Origin: Heteronotia binoei | Lineage: Eukaryota | Direction of reading: 5' to 3' | Length of the DNA stretch: 64,000 nt | Assembly (NCBI RefSeq): GCF_032191835.1 | Contig: NC_083228.1 | Coordinates: forward strand, 53,630,001 to 53,694,000 | Shown: piece by piece, positions 35,305 to 48,541 of the stretch | How the letters are laid out: each line of letters starts with the position of its first letter | Position numbering within the stretch: position 1 is the first letter of the stretch | Made by a program: the position numbers and the translations under genes | Notes under the pieces: model-generated | Databases searched by the model: none | What the model saw: only the letters and a program-made list of their open reading frames with translations | Told to the model about the DNA's origin: nothing

Positions 35305-35500
35305 CAGGGCTTTGAGCAGGAATGCACAGGAACGCAGTTCCGGATGGCTTGGCATCAGAGAATGTGGCCTGATAAGCAAATAAGTTCCTGCTGGGCTTTT
35401 TCTACAAAAAAAGCCCTGTGTGAAATAATGATGGTGTCAGGGGGTGTGGTCTAATATGAAAATGAGTTCCTGCTGGGCTTTTTCCACAAAAAAAAGGTCT
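35305..35500. mobile_element. hAT-type MITE related to the palindromic family, with two tandem right arms
   Basis: cagggctttgagcaggaa...; gagttcctgctgggctttttc(t/c)acaaaaaaa occurs twice. Confidence 0.65.
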
Positions 35501-35703
35501 GAATGTCATTCTTAGCAAAGCAAGTTTGGAAAGTGGCTAGGGGTGTTACAATCTATATTGTGCACTAACTGGTCTCCTATCTTAGCTATGTTTATCTTGC
35601 CATGTAGATCCATGTCACTTTAACCTCAAGGCTGGATTGCTGTAATGTATTATATATGGGGCTGCCATAGAAAACTGTTCAAAAATTTCAGGGGGTACAG
35701 AAT

Positions 35704-35972
35704 TAGGGTTGTCAAGTTCCCCATGGCCTCTATGGTACCGTAGAGTTTTTCTCCTGAATTGCTAGGGTATCCAGGAAAACCATAGAGTTTTCCCAGAAAT
35801 GCCCAGAGTGGCCAGCATGCAACGTTGCCAGCATGATGACATCACTTCTGAGTGACATCATTACACTGGTGATGTGGGGTGGGGATCCCCCCACCGGCCC
35901 ACTGTGGGCTGGCAAGTTGGGAAACCCCAAAGGGAGAGAATCCCCGCCAAGCCCGGGAGCTTGGCATCCCTA
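35704..35972 (+). mobile_element. Short hAT MITE, TAGGGTTG-type TIRs
   Basis: tagggttgtca ... tggcatcccta; perfect TSD tacagaat (35696-35703, 35973-35980). Confidence 0.9.
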
Positions 35973-36275
35973 TACAGAATGCTGTTGATAGATTGTTGAC
36001 TGGTTGTGCTTTGGCATCTTCAGTGCTACCTATTTGCTTTCAGACCCAATTCAAAATGCCTGGAACCCACATATCTCATGGACTGTCTTTCCCATATGAT
36101 TCCATGCACCAAGTAAGGCCATCAGGTGCTGTTCTTTGACCATTCACACTATTCAAGAGGTCTGCTCCTGTAGAGCCTATGCACAATCACTTTCAGTAGC
36201 TGTGGCCACACTTTGGAATTGCTGCTGGATATAGTATGTATCTCTCTCTTCCAATACACCTTTGGTAGATGTAAC

Positions 36276-36453
36276 CAGGGTTTTTTTGTAGCAGGAACTT
36301 CTTTGCATATTAGACCACACACCCCTGATGTAGCCAATCCTCCTGGAGCTTACAGCATTGTTAGTACAGGGCCTACTGTAAGCTCCAGGAGGATTGGCTA
36401 CATCAGGGGTGTGTGGCCTAATATGCAAAGGAGTTCCTGCTACAAAAAAAGAC
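36276..36453. mobile_element. Palindromic hAT-type MITE (best-preserved copy)
   Basis: About 80-bp arms with few mismatches around a short loop. Confidence 0.9.
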
Positions 36454-37728
36454 CAATGAATGTTTCTGATTAGTAGTCAGGGCTAATATTTGTTATAGTT
36501 TTTATTTGATGTACTGGATGCAAATCTAACTTGATTTATGTATGTGATTGTATTTTGCATGCCATCTTGAGCATTGTGGGATATTAATATTGAAAACAAA
36601 TAAATAATAATAAACAAACAACATACAATGAAAAATGCAGCTGAGTCTGCCAACAAAATTTATCCTCCACCTAATGTCCTCTAGAATAAAACTGTTCTAC
36701 AAGTCTTCCTAAGTTCAGTGAGTAAAGTCACCCTCCATAACCGCTCTGGTTGGCCTTTCCTAAAAAACAGATCTTCTACAGAAAAAGCCTGTATACTAAA
36801 TATTGCCCTACAGACAATCCTACTGGAGGGTACCACCAACTGGCACAAGACAGCATCAGGCTATGAAGATAATCAGCACTTTAAATTGGGCCTGGGAGCG
36901 TACAGATAACCACTGCAGTACTGCAACTACTGTAACTGCAGTAATGCAAAACTGGAATTATATGTTCTGAAATAGTTTACTCCAGACAAGAGTTGTGCTG
37001 CTGCATTTGTACCAATTGAAGTTTGGAAGATGTCCAAGTTTTTTGGAGGTTATGGTAACATAAATCAGCATGGCTAGGTTGGCAGAGTTGAGAAAAAGGG
37101 CCAACTTACAAGCCAAATTTAATGGAAAGAAAGGAAGGGAAGGCCTCAGATGGGACAGCATGCTTTTATATCCATATAAAATCCAGATTTGAATCTTGAG
37201 TACTCATATCAAAATAGTTGTTACAGTCCATCTAGATACAAACAAAGACTACTTCAACATGAGATGTTAAAGGTAGCTGATCACTATGACAATCCAATAA
37301 ATGGTGAGGGCTTAAAATGATATTTTATCTCTAAATGCTTTCTGATAAAGGCTACTCCTCTGAGACATCATGCACTTTAATTTTCAGTTTGAATCAAAAC
37401 TCATGAGCAGTTGAAGTAACTCAGAAGATCAAGGCAGCTGAAAAAAATGTTTGACTAGTTTAACCTAAACCTGCCATAATCACCCTCCCTTCCAGAATAG
37501 TACAAACAGCAAAATTATTGATTAACTTGTGTTACTTTACAAGAAGAACAAATTATTGCTGATTAAAGCCATGCAGGTGATAAAGGAACTTAACCAACAA
37601 AAGCTGCCAGCTTTAGGTTAGAAACCAGCTGGGTCCCTAATTATGCTGCCTGATTTATACTCTATTAAATCAGTATATAAGTAACCCATTTCTCCGAAAG
37701 CATTTAAACCTCTTATATTCCACCGAAC

Positions 37729-37996
37729 NNNNNNNNNNNNNNNNNNNNNNNNNNNNNNNNNNNNNNNNNNNNNNNNNNNNNNNNNNNNNNNNNNNNNNNN
37801 NNNNNNNNNNNNNNNNNNNNNNNNNNNNNNNNNNNNNNNNNNNNNNNNNNNNNNNNNNNNNNNNNNNNNNNNNNNNNNNNNNNNNNNNNNNNNNNNNNNN
37901 NNNNNNNNNNNNNNNNNNNNNNNNNNNNNNNNNNNNNNNNNNNNNNNNNNNNNNNNNNNNNNNNNNNNNNNNNNNNNNNNNNNNNNNNNNNNNNNN
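37729..37996. other. Assembly gap (N run)
   Basis: Run of N; left edge reads VRWNIRGLNA on the minus strand, like an L1 endonuclease start. Confidence 1.
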
Positions 37997-38934
37997 TTAG
38001 AGTCATTATGGTAAGACAAATTTTTGAGTCTTGCTGTTTCCATCCAATTACATATTGTACTAATAAGTAAACGAGGAAACTTTTATGCCTCTGTTCTATT
38101 ATTTTGCTCTACACATCTGTAGTCAGATTCTAGTTATTTCTTTTGTTCTCCAATAAAAGGGAATCAAGGCTTTGTACCTTGTTGGACTGAAATACTATAT
38201 ATTTTTACTAGGGATTAATTTAATATTCTTTTAGCAGCAATAGCCACACTTCATTTTAGAATATGTGCACAACAGACTGATACTGTCAAATTCCAGAGAG
38301 TTACAAGGTAAGTTGGCCCCTCCTGCTTTGTGCAAGAAAAATTTAGCAAGCTGCACTGTTAGTAGTCTAAGATGATCATCAAGCTCAAATGATATATTCT
38401 CTTCTCAGTGCAAGTGCATAACTTCTATTAGCATTAATGGAAGCTATGTTCATGAATCAAGAGGAGAATATGCCCTGGATGTTTAAGCTGCACTTCTATT
38501 GTAATGGCCAGGTTAGTTTGAAAATTTGTGAGTGAAGTAGAATAATACAGGCTAGCTAACTTCAATAAAATGCAATAAAGTCTCAGTTTTTCAGATATAC
38601 CCGGTGATTAAAGGCTTGCTTCTTTCAAGCCACTACATAGACAAAGCAGTGTTCAAATCTGACATAATGCGTATGACAGTGCGACCACATGGTTTTTCAT
38701 GCTTAAGTATTGATCGAAGACATCAAGCCAGAAGATTGTAGTTCCTTAGTGCTATGTTAGTAAGAATGGCTATAATCAGCTGTGCTCAAAGCTATTGCAC
38801 AACAAAAGGAATAAAAAGGAAGTGGTATGGGGCTAGACAGAAGATGGGGATCTATGTGGCATAGCATAGTTAGTGCTTCCCAGTCTCCATGGTAATCTGC
38901 CTTTGTCCAATGTCACGTGCCTAAAATATAGATA

Positions 38935-39060
38935 GATCAAAGTTAGAGTCCAGTGGACCAACAAAAGGACACACAAAAGCTCACACCTTGAATTAAACTT
39001 TGTTGGTTTTAAAGGTACCACTGGACTCTAACTTTGTTCTATTGCTTCAGACCAACATGG
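38935..39060. mobile_element. Reptile repeat fragment (possibly Penelope-type terminal repeat)
   Basis: aaagctcacaccttgaattaaactttgttggttttaaaggtaccactggact; related copy at about 43285-43435; family assignment from memory. Confidence 0.45.
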
Positions 39061-39186
39061 GTATTTACCTGGATCTAGATGTTTTGATGTAATTAGAATA
39101 AATGGTTCAAATACCTGTGCACATTACTGCAGCTATGTATTTTTTGTAGAATTCAGGCAGCTATTTGCAAAGTTTAAGCCTAGATT

Positions 39187-39187
39187 T

Positions 39188-39232
<45 letters not shown>

Positions 39233-39241
39233 TACACACAC
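39187..39241. repeat. Compound (TC)n(CA)n microsatellite
   Basis: Direct reading. Confidence 0.95.
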
Positions 39242-39969
39242 TGCAGGTCCTATTAAAAAAAAACTGCTGGTGGAAATTGGGCCCAGAAACAAGTTAGAAG
39301 CCAGCGTATATTTTCTGTCATTCTAGTACCAAATTCTAGCATGTCTAAAAATCCCTTTCCATAATCTCTCCCTTCTGTGGACTTGCCCGTTTTCGACTAC
39401 AGGAAGGATTTTTGCATATAGTTTTCAGAATAATATTTTTATTTGTTTGGTAGAGATGTTGATGGATTTCTGTCTTCCTCAGAGTCCTCTTCCTGGGACT
39501 TCATTTTGTTGGGAGGGATTTGGATCTTCATGGTACATTTTCATTTATTTTTTACCTACCACAGTTTCTGTTGTAATGTGCAACTTGATCCCCAAGCAAA
39601 AACATTTCAAAAATAGAGTATCTTCTTGATGCTACAGTTCATAGTGTGTTGCAAAGGTAGCAGACAGAGAGAAAACAGTTCACATGAGCAGTTGAGCAGC
39701 TTTTGGCCTTTTTCTCAGCCTCAGCAGCCATCTTACACAAACAAACAGCCTCTAGGGGATTTGGGATCATCAAAGTAGAAGCGTGAACAAACCATGAGTG
39801 ATAAGAGAAGAAGAGAAAACAGAGCAATACAACCCATAATGAAAGAAAATCAGAACAAAAGAATACAGAATAGAACTATATAAAAATATCCAAGAAGTAC
39901 ATAAAGAATTGACATAAAAGGGATACTAACCACAATGTAAAGTAATATTTAGGACCAAAAATATTAACT

Positions 39970-40795
39970 ATAAATACAAGTTGATGGGGTGTGAACTGGA
40001 GGAGACTGACCAAGAGAGAAATCTTGGGGTCACGGTTGATAACTCACTGAAAATGTCAACAGTGTGTGACTGCAATAAAAAAGACCAACAGTATGCTGGG
40101 AATTATTAGGAAGGGGATGGAAAACAAATCAGCTAGTGTCATAATGCCCCTGTATAAATCGATGGTGTGGCCTCATTTGGAGTACTGAGTACAATTCTGG
40201 TCACCACACCTCAAAATAAATATTATAGTAATGGAAAAAGTGCAGAAAAGGACAACTAGAATGATTGAAGAGTTGAAACACTTTCCCTGTAAGGAAAGGT
40301 TAAAACACTTGGGGCTTTTTAGCTTAGAGAAATGCTGACTGAGGGGTGACATGATAGAGGTTTACAAGATTATGCATGGGATAGAGAAGGCAGAGAAAGA
40401 AGTACTTTTCTCCCTTTCTCACAATACAAGAACTGATGGACACTCAATGAAATTGCTGAGCAATCAGGTTAGAACAGATAAAAGAAAGTACTTCTTCACT
40501 CAAAGGGTGATTAACACATGGAATTCAGTGCCACAGGAGGTGGTGGTAGCTACAAGCATAGATGGCTTCAAGAGGGGATTGGATAAACGTATGGAGCAGA
40601 GATCATCAGTGGGTATTAGCCACAGGGTACTGATGAGACTCTGACTGGGGCAGTGATGCTTTGTATTCTTGGTGCTTTGGGAGAGGGGCCACAGTGGAGG
40701 GCTTCTAATGTCCTGGCCCCACTCCTGATGGCACATGGTTTTTTGGACTGGATCGGCCATTGGTCTGATCCAACATGGCTTCTCTTATGCTCTTA
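39970..40795 (+). mobile_element. CR1 LINE 3' fragment (older copy)
   Basis: Aligns by eye to 14400-15150 (aaatacaagttgatggggtgtgaactgg ... ccaacatggcttctcttatg) with stops and indels. Confidence 0.95.
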
Positions 40796-42773
40796 TGTTT
40801 AAGGTATAAATCTTGTTATAACAGTTACAAGAAGAAAGTAAACCCACCCCCAAATTCCATGATTCCAGTTGGTGGAGGTCAGAAAAGTTTAAACAAGTTG
40901 TCAGTTTTTTAGAAAAATCAAATCTGTCATTCATCTCTGTGCCCAAGGATTATTTAAAACTGCAAAGGAGGCAGAGCCCCTGGAAAGTTAAAGTATCTTT
41001 GGACTGTGTGTATGTGTGTGTGTGTGAAGCACAAAGTCTAGATGTTCTTCCTGTATCCTTCTCCAGTTCCAAAGACCTTTCCACACAACATGGGGAAGAA
41101 GTGATGGAAATATTCCTCTCCCACAATATACTTCTCAGATTTGAGGCTAGATAGGCCTTCTGTTCACCAAACCCTGAACCTTCAGAACAAGTATTCTAGG
41201 GCAGTGTTTCCCAACCTGAGTTCTGATGCCTCTGAAGGTGAGTCCTGATGCCTCTCCCAGCCAGTCACTGGTTTGTGGTGGTGCCTTGGGCTCCTTCCCC
41301 CCCCCTCTGCATCCAGAGGGAAAGCAATGAAGTTGAGGGATGGCTGGGGGGGGGGGGAGGGCTCCTGTCCAACTACTGCACTGCTGCTCTAAAGATTGCC
41401 TCAGCTCCTGCTCCAGTCTCCATTCCTCAGCCAGTCATCAACTGTTCCTAGACTGCCAAGCAGGCACTCCAGGCAGGCAAGCTGCAACTGTGGGAAAGAG
41501 CACATTTGTGCTCTCTCAAAACTACAGTCCATACCTTAAGTCATTTTTATTCTATTAAGTATTTAACATTTTAATGATATGTACAGAATGAAATTCAAAG
41601 AATCTTTCACATCTTTCTTATCTACCAGTTTAATAGTACAAACAGTGTTAAATTCAAAGGAGCTAAAGGTTAATGTGGAATACTGGGAATGCATGATGAG
41701 ATCTGGCAGACTATTTTTAAGACAATCCACGGTTACAATTACCAAGAGTGTACTTGCTTGTATTGCTCTGCTTCTTTCTGCTAATCCAATAAGAGAACTA
41801 AAACGTATTCTTCATGCAAATAAGTTGCCATAAACCATTCAGCACTACAAGATAAAAATACTAAGGGTGGATGAAAATATAATTAAATGAATAAAAATAA
41901 TTCATACATTTCTATGACTCTGTTTGTGTATCATCTCCTGGTACAGACCCTTCATGAACAACTCTTTTGTCATTCTTTCACAGTTGACATATGCTTTATA
42001 ACTAGCCCTCTACATGTGATGTATAAGATGTACATGTGTAGAGGAAAACAGGACTGAGCATACTGACCCTTCTCCCCATCCATGTTTTTCCTGCACACAG
42101 ACATGGCACCTGTATCCATGCAAACTGTATGTGCAAAGGACTTGTGTTAAGGAACATTTTTTCCTGGCTGCCCTCAGTGATGGGAACAGAGTCTATGAGT
42201 GTCAAGTCTGTATTTCAAAAGGTGTTATGCAAACACACATAGGAGGAGAAGAGCCATTGTTTGGGGGCTGGAGTCCTTCTGTGATCCATCCTTTTCAGTT
42301 CATTGTCCTTGTACATCAATATATTATTTCCCCAGAACTAGAAATGCTTACTATTGATCTCTGGTCCAGTAATTTTGCTGGCCTGTTAGATGGGGGCATC
42401 ATGCAGCTGCTAGGCAATCTGCTCTCACCTACCATTCTCTCATTACGAGAAGAAGGCTCCATCAAATATGAAAGAAAAAGTATTCAGCAGATTGCCTTTC
42501 TGGAGTTCCCTACAGTGACAATATTGAATAGCGTTTCCCAGCTATTTTATGCGTTATCTGGCACTAACTATACTGAAAAATTCTAATTTGGAAGTGAATC
42601 AGGCTATTTAAAAAAAAAAAACATATGGTTCACATATATCCTTTGTAACTAATGGGGAATATGATGTTTACAGAGGAAGGTGTAGAATAAGGGAAACTAT
42701 AGGAAATCCAGGTGTGTTGGAGCAGGGCTGGGGTTGTTTTTATAGAAATTAATCTTAGTTCATTCTGAAATTG

Positions 42774-43008
42774 ACATGGCCTCAGGGTACGGATTAAAGA
42801 ATCTGCACAGTTGAACTATTGGGGTGATTCCCGTCCCCCCTAAAACACAGACAATTCCCAAGGGGTTTAAAGGGGCTTAAAATCTCCCAAAATGGAGGTC
42901 TGTGAAAGCAGAGAATCCAAATGAGGAATCACTGTACTTAACACAGTAATGAGATGTCAGCAGAAACATTGCTGGAGCTGGTAGGTAGTAGGTAGGGACG
43001 GGAAACTT
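42774..43008 (+). repeat. Direct repeat, copy A (235 bp)
   Basis: Near-identical to 43732-43966, only a handful of differences by eye. Confidence 0.95.
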
Positions 43009-43731
43009 ATGATAAGATAACTTAGGTATTTGAATGCAGGCCTTGTATATAGGCAAAGTAAGCGACTTTTTCAGTCTGCCAGTACTTTTCTACAAAAGCC
43101 GTGGAATTATAGAATACCAGACATTCTTGTATGTAACCACTTGATTTTTTTCTAAGCCAAGTACCTATCTTTCTTTATATTATATATTCTAGAGTATTTA
43201 TATATTTATATATTCCAGAATATAACTTTAGAATTACAGAAGCAAAGTAGAGTGGAGATTCATATTCTCATAATAAAAGATCAAGATGTTAGTCTGTCTG
43301 TAGCAGTAGAAAAGAGCAAGCGTCCAGTCTTAAAGACTAACAAAATTTGTGGCAGGGTATGAGCTCATGAAAGCTTATACTACTTCCCACAAATTTTCTT
43401 AATCTTTAAAGTTCTACTGCACTCTTACTATATTCTGAGAATGTATTTCTAACATGTAAGGCAAAGTTAGTAATCTTGAACTTATTGTTTCAGAACAACA
43501 TGTAATATCTTTAAGTCTGATATTCAGTTCAGAGATAAGCCAATAAACCTCTGAAGATCTAAAATATCAGTACTATTAATAAAGAGGAACCTCTCATGAC
43601 ATACTGTAAGTAATTTTGTAAGTAATTGGAAATAATACTGTAAGTAATTGGGGGGCAATGACCTGTTTTTAAGAACTGTGTCGTGCACCAAGCACATTCT
43701 TAGCAATATAAATTTATATATTTAATTCTGA

Positions 43732-43966
43732 ACATGGCCTCAGGGTATGGATTAAAGAATTTGCACAGTTGAACTATTGGGGTGATTCCCCTCCCCCCTA
43801 AAACACAGACAATTCCCAAGGGGTTTAAAGGGGCTTAAAATCTCCCAAAATGGAGGTCTGTGAAAGCACAGAATCCAAATGAGGAATCACAGTACTTAAC
43901 ACAGTAATGAGATGTCATCAGAAACATTGCTGGAGTTGGTAGGTAGTAGGTAGGGACCGGAAACTT
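43732..43966 (+). repeat. Direct repeat, copy B (235 bp)
   Basis: Offset 958 bp from copy A; ends at a perfect 14-bp-arm palindrome (43964-43992). Confidence 0.95.
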
Positions 43967-44597
43967 GGGACAGAAACAGTTTCTGTCCCAAGCCTCTCTT
44001 GGAATTGCTGGCCATTTTAGGGGAGCGATCTTGATCAGACACATTTCCATCTCAGTCCCATCATCTTGCTTGGCTCTGGCAAAATGCTTAGAGAAGAAAA
44101 CACAAAAGACTCACTTTCTGCTCCAAGTCTCCGTGTCCTGAGTCAACTGATACAGGACTTGGGCTTGAAGTGCTCCAAGCCCTGACTGCTGATCAGCTGG
44201 CTTGAGGGAGGAGGAAAACAGAGTCAGACAGGTGATTGGAGTATGCTTTCTGGTCCAATCTCAGTCCTTTGCTCATCAGGAGCTGGCCAGCCAGCCACAC
44301 TGCTAACAGAAGGGTGGAGTTCATTTGGCAGCATTGCTAACCAGATTTGAGCTACCCCTGTGGCAGGGAGGATTGGCACAAGATACACCCATCTTCCCCA
44401 CCACAAGAGTCAGGCACTAGTGGTTTCACACTTACTTTGGCAATGCTGCTGGACCAAAAGAAGGTGTTCTGGTAGAGAGAGAGGGGCTTCAAGAGTAAGG
44501 GTAGGAGAGATCAACAGTGGTGGAGAAATAAGAGTCCTCCTTGATCTCCCTTTTACCCTCAGTGTCAGAGCAGAGAGTACGCTTCCTATGGTATCTA

Positions 44598-45561
44598 CAG
44601 AGCTTTTTTTGTAGCAGGAACTCCTTTGCACACCCTGATATATCCAATCCTCCAAGAGCTTACAGGGCTCTTCTTACAGGGCCTACTGTAATAGGGTTGC
44701 CAAGTCCAATTAAAGAAAAATCTGGGGACTTTGGGGGTGGAGCCAGGAATAAGGGTGTGACAAGCATAATTGAACTCCAAGGGAGTTCTGGCCATTACAT
44801 TTAAAGGGACAGCACACCTTTTAAAATGTCTTTCTTCCATAGGAAGTAATTAAGGATAGGGGCACCAGCTTTTGGGGCTCATAGAATTGGACCCTCTGGT
44901 CCAATCGTTTTGAAACTTGGGGGGTATTTTGGGGAGAGGCACTAGATGCTATACTAAAAATTTGGTGCCTCTATCTTAAAAAATAGCTCCCCCAGAGCCC
45001 CCAATACCCACAGATCAATTCCCTATTATTCCCTATGGGAATCGTTCTCCATAGGGAATAATAGAATGCCCAGTAGACATTTCCCTCCCCCCACACTTTC
45101 TAAAGGGGGGGAGGGCCTCCAAATCAGGGAATCCCCTGCCCCCTCCCTCTCTCACACACACACAAATACTTACTAGATCTTCTTCCTGCAGAACTCTACT
45201 TGCTGTGAAAATGAAAGCAAAAGAAAGGGAGGGGCCGTTCTCCATGGAAACTATTACTGACCCTTTCCAATGAAGTCCTTCCTGTTTCCTGTTTCCTGCG
45301 CAGCCTTAAAGGCACACATTTGACAAACGGATCAGTTTGCAGGTTTCTAAACCTGCAGGAGCTCTACAACTACATGATGCCTACACGCATGTTCCCCCCC
45401 GCTTCCGGATTTTTGGAGAGCGGGGGAGGAGGCTGCAAATTCGGGGGTTCCCCGCCAGGGTGGGGGGTTGGGAAGCCTATACTGTAAGCTCTTGGAGGAT
45501 TGGCTACATCAGGGGGTGTGGCCTAATATGCAAAAGAGTTCCTGGTACAAAAAATGGTCTG
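44598..45561. mobile_element. Palindromic hAT-type MITE split by a nested insertion
   Basis: Left arm 44598-44691, right arm 45480-45561; perfect outer TSD ggtatcta (44590-44597, 45562-45569). Confidence 0.9.
44692..45479 (+). mobile_element. Non-autonomous hAT element (TAGGGTTGCCAA / TTGGGAAGCCTA) nested in the MITE
   Basis: Perfect TSD tactgtaa (44684-44691, 45480-45487). Confidence 0.92.
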
Positions 45562-47431
45562 GGTATCTATATAGGGCCATCCTGTCTGAGAGCCCCAGGA
45601 ATGTCTGCAAAGTGTAGAACAATTTCCCTTTTCCAGCCATCCTCAGGTATAACTGCTTCTACAACTGCCCCTAAACATCTCTATTTTCACTTCTTATTTT
45701 CCTAGCTCTGAATTGTGTGTATACTTTGATTGCTTAAGTGTGATTGTAACTCGGCAAATTTTTAAAATAAAATTATCAAAATCCTTTTCATTCTGGAGTC
45801 TTCTTACTGAGCCCAGCCTCGGTATACAAAGGTGTATGATCTCTGTATCTTCTTGGCTTCTGCGTCTCATAGCTAATTTCCCCAAGATTGAGACCAGACC
45901 ATTTCGTGTAACACCTACAAACAGGAGAAAACCCCCAGCTTTGCAGAAAAATGAGAAATCTAAAAAATCCCCAAAACTTGGCAATTAAAATTCTCCAAAA
46001 TGACAGAAGTATTCCCTTTAGCTTCAAGAAACAAATGCACTCAGTGATCATTGCTAAGCAACCACATCATTCCCAGCCTTGGTTTCCGTCACTAAAAGGC
46101 AGAGGGAGGGCTCATTGGGGCTAGGCCTGACAGCAAACACTGGGAAACTCACTACCACTTAACTTCCATAACTCACCCAGGCCCTGCTACTTCCTTCTGT
46201 TCAACAGTAGCTACCCCACAAAAGCCAATGTGATGTAGTAGCTTGAATTTCAGACTAGGATATGGAAGATCCCACTCTGCCATGGAAACTCACTTGTGAT
46301 CTTGGACTAGTCATACATTCTCAGTTTAACCTACTTCACAGGGTTATTTTGAGGACAGAGTGGAAGAGAGGACAATCATGTTAGCTGCTTTGGGTTCCCA
46401 CTAGGCAGGATATAAATTAAATGAATAAATAAATACTAAATATAGCTGAAAATGAGGGGCTGGTTGGTTGATTGGTGGAAAGGAAGGAGAGAAGTAATAA
46501 TGAAAGGTGAGGATATGGGGCTGCAAGGAGGGGCAAAAGAGGAAATAACGTGGGGAGGGGGATACAGGAGAAAGTGTGGTGTTCCATGAAAGTTCTAGAG
46601 GTTTCTCATTGAACAACTGGGCCAGCCAAGCCCGCACTACAAAATTGGGCCTGACTCAGCCCAGAAACTAGCCAGCGTTTTCCCAAGGAGAAGCTGCCAG
46701 GGGAAAGGAAGAAAAAAAAGCTGAAGATGGGGTGGGGGTGGGAAAGATAAGGAAAGGTTGGCTGGTGGGTGGGTGGGAGAGATGGAAGCAGGAAAAGGAG
46801 AGAGCTAAGAGGTCTGCCAGAGGAAAAAAAGTGGAAATAGTAGGGAGAAGAGTATAAGATGCCTCAGGCAAGTGCTTGGAAATATCTTGCTTGGAGGAGG
46901 AGGAGGAGTTAATGCAGGTTTTTACTGGTATGTAATAATAATAAAATCTCAAACTTTCCTTATGAAAAAGAAAGGCAAAAAGTAATGTATTTTTAACATT
47001 TAAAGCAGCAAATTTTAAAAACAAAATAGGGATGATTATTGCAAATCACTGGCCATGTCTCATCATTTATACACTTAATAAATCGCTATAACTGCAATTT
47101 AGTGCCCCAGGTAATTAACAATGAAAGTTGTAAAACACATGTTAAATATATTTAAATGCATGTTAGATGTGTATCAGTTAACAATCAAATTGGAGCTTCA
47201 TGATAACACAGAATTTAACGACACCTCATATTTGTCTCTCACATGCATAGACTTGAAATAAACCCCATTCTATGTCAGGAAAAATGCAAAGTCTGAATTG
47301 ACAGTGCAGCAGAGATTTTTTTCCCTCTTTTTCTTCTTAGCTGAAGTTATTATCACAACTGCTGGAGAATTTGTGAGATTGGGAGATAAGAATCATAATG
47401 ATCCATTGGGGACTCGTCAATCACAGCAAAC

Positions 47432-47643
47432 NNNNNNNNNNNNNNNNNNNNNNNNNNNNNNNNNNNNNNNNNNNNNNNNNNNNNNNNNNNNNNNNNNNNN
47501 NNNNNNNNNNNNNNNNNNNNNNNNNNNNNNNNNNNNNNNNNNNNNNNNNNNNNNNNNNNNNNNNNNNNNNNNNNNNNNNNNNNNNNNNNNNNNNNNNNNN
47601 NNNNNNNNNNNNNNNNNNNNNNNNNNNNNNNNNNNNNNNNNNN
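47432..47643. other. Assembly gap (N run)
   Basis: Run of N. Confidence 1.
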
Positions 47644-48201
47644 AAGTGATTTCATGATGGGGAACCATCATACAAATCAGTTTTGCTCTAGTAGCAAGAA
47701 ATATATCTACACACAGAGTCACATATAAAATAGCAGGAACAGGTTTAATGTTGAAGCTTACTTTACATGAAATTTGATCATGCATTTGATGGAATATTTT
47801 TCTGCACAAGTATAGATATGGCATGGTCAATTCAGGATGTCCAGTTTAGCTTCCAGAGTTTTCAGCTTTTGATGGGGCTCATTTAATTCTGGTACAACCA
47901 TCATGTTATAGTACTTCAACATACTTGCAAATTTAAAAAGTATGACTAATTTAGAAACACTGTTATTTAAACACACAAACACCAGTATATAAAGACATAA
48001 GTATGTACAGATAAAGTGACAATACATAGTAACTACCATAATAAACTGGGGGGGGGGATTAATTAGAAAAACTCAGTGATATATAAATCATACCAGCAAG
48101 TATAAAGCAACTTAAGACAACATCATAGCCAAAGTGCAAACACTGACTTTTTAAATTCAGAACTCTAAGAATTCATGTAGGCTACTCTTAAATGTTATTA
48201 G

Positions 48202-48541
48202 CAGGGCTTTTTTTTTTGTAGCAGGAACTCCTTTTCAAATTAGGCTACACGTACCCCTGAGGCAGTCAATCCTCCACGAGCTTACAGGGCTCTTCTTACA
48301 GGGCCTGCTGTAGACTCTTGGAGGATTGGCCACATCAGGGGGGTGTACACTCAGGGCAGGCACATAGCAGTAGGCCAAGTAGGCGGAGTAGGCCAGTCAC
48401 ATCATCGGGCTGTGCGCATTTGAGGTACGCAAGAAGAGATGGGGGGTGGGAAACAGGCCCTGGCCTAGGGGCGCCAGAGCCCCTAGTGCCGGGCCTATGT
48501 ACGCTAATATGCAAAAGAGTTCCTGCTATAAAAAAGCCCTA
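48202..48541. mobile_element. Palindromic hAT-type MITE containing a nested 146-bp MITE
   Basis: Outer TSD gttattag (48194-48201) / gttatcag (48542-48549). Confidence 0.85.
48352..48497. mobile_element. Short hAT MITE (CAGGGCAGGCAC...GTGCCGGGCCTA)
   Basis: TSD tgtacact (48344-48351) / tgtacgct (48498-48505); imperfect TIRs. Confidence 0.75.

Noticed and set aside
42774-43966. Paired LTRs of a small retroelement
   Set aside because: No TG...CA ends, PBS, PPT or TSD seen; kept only as a duplication
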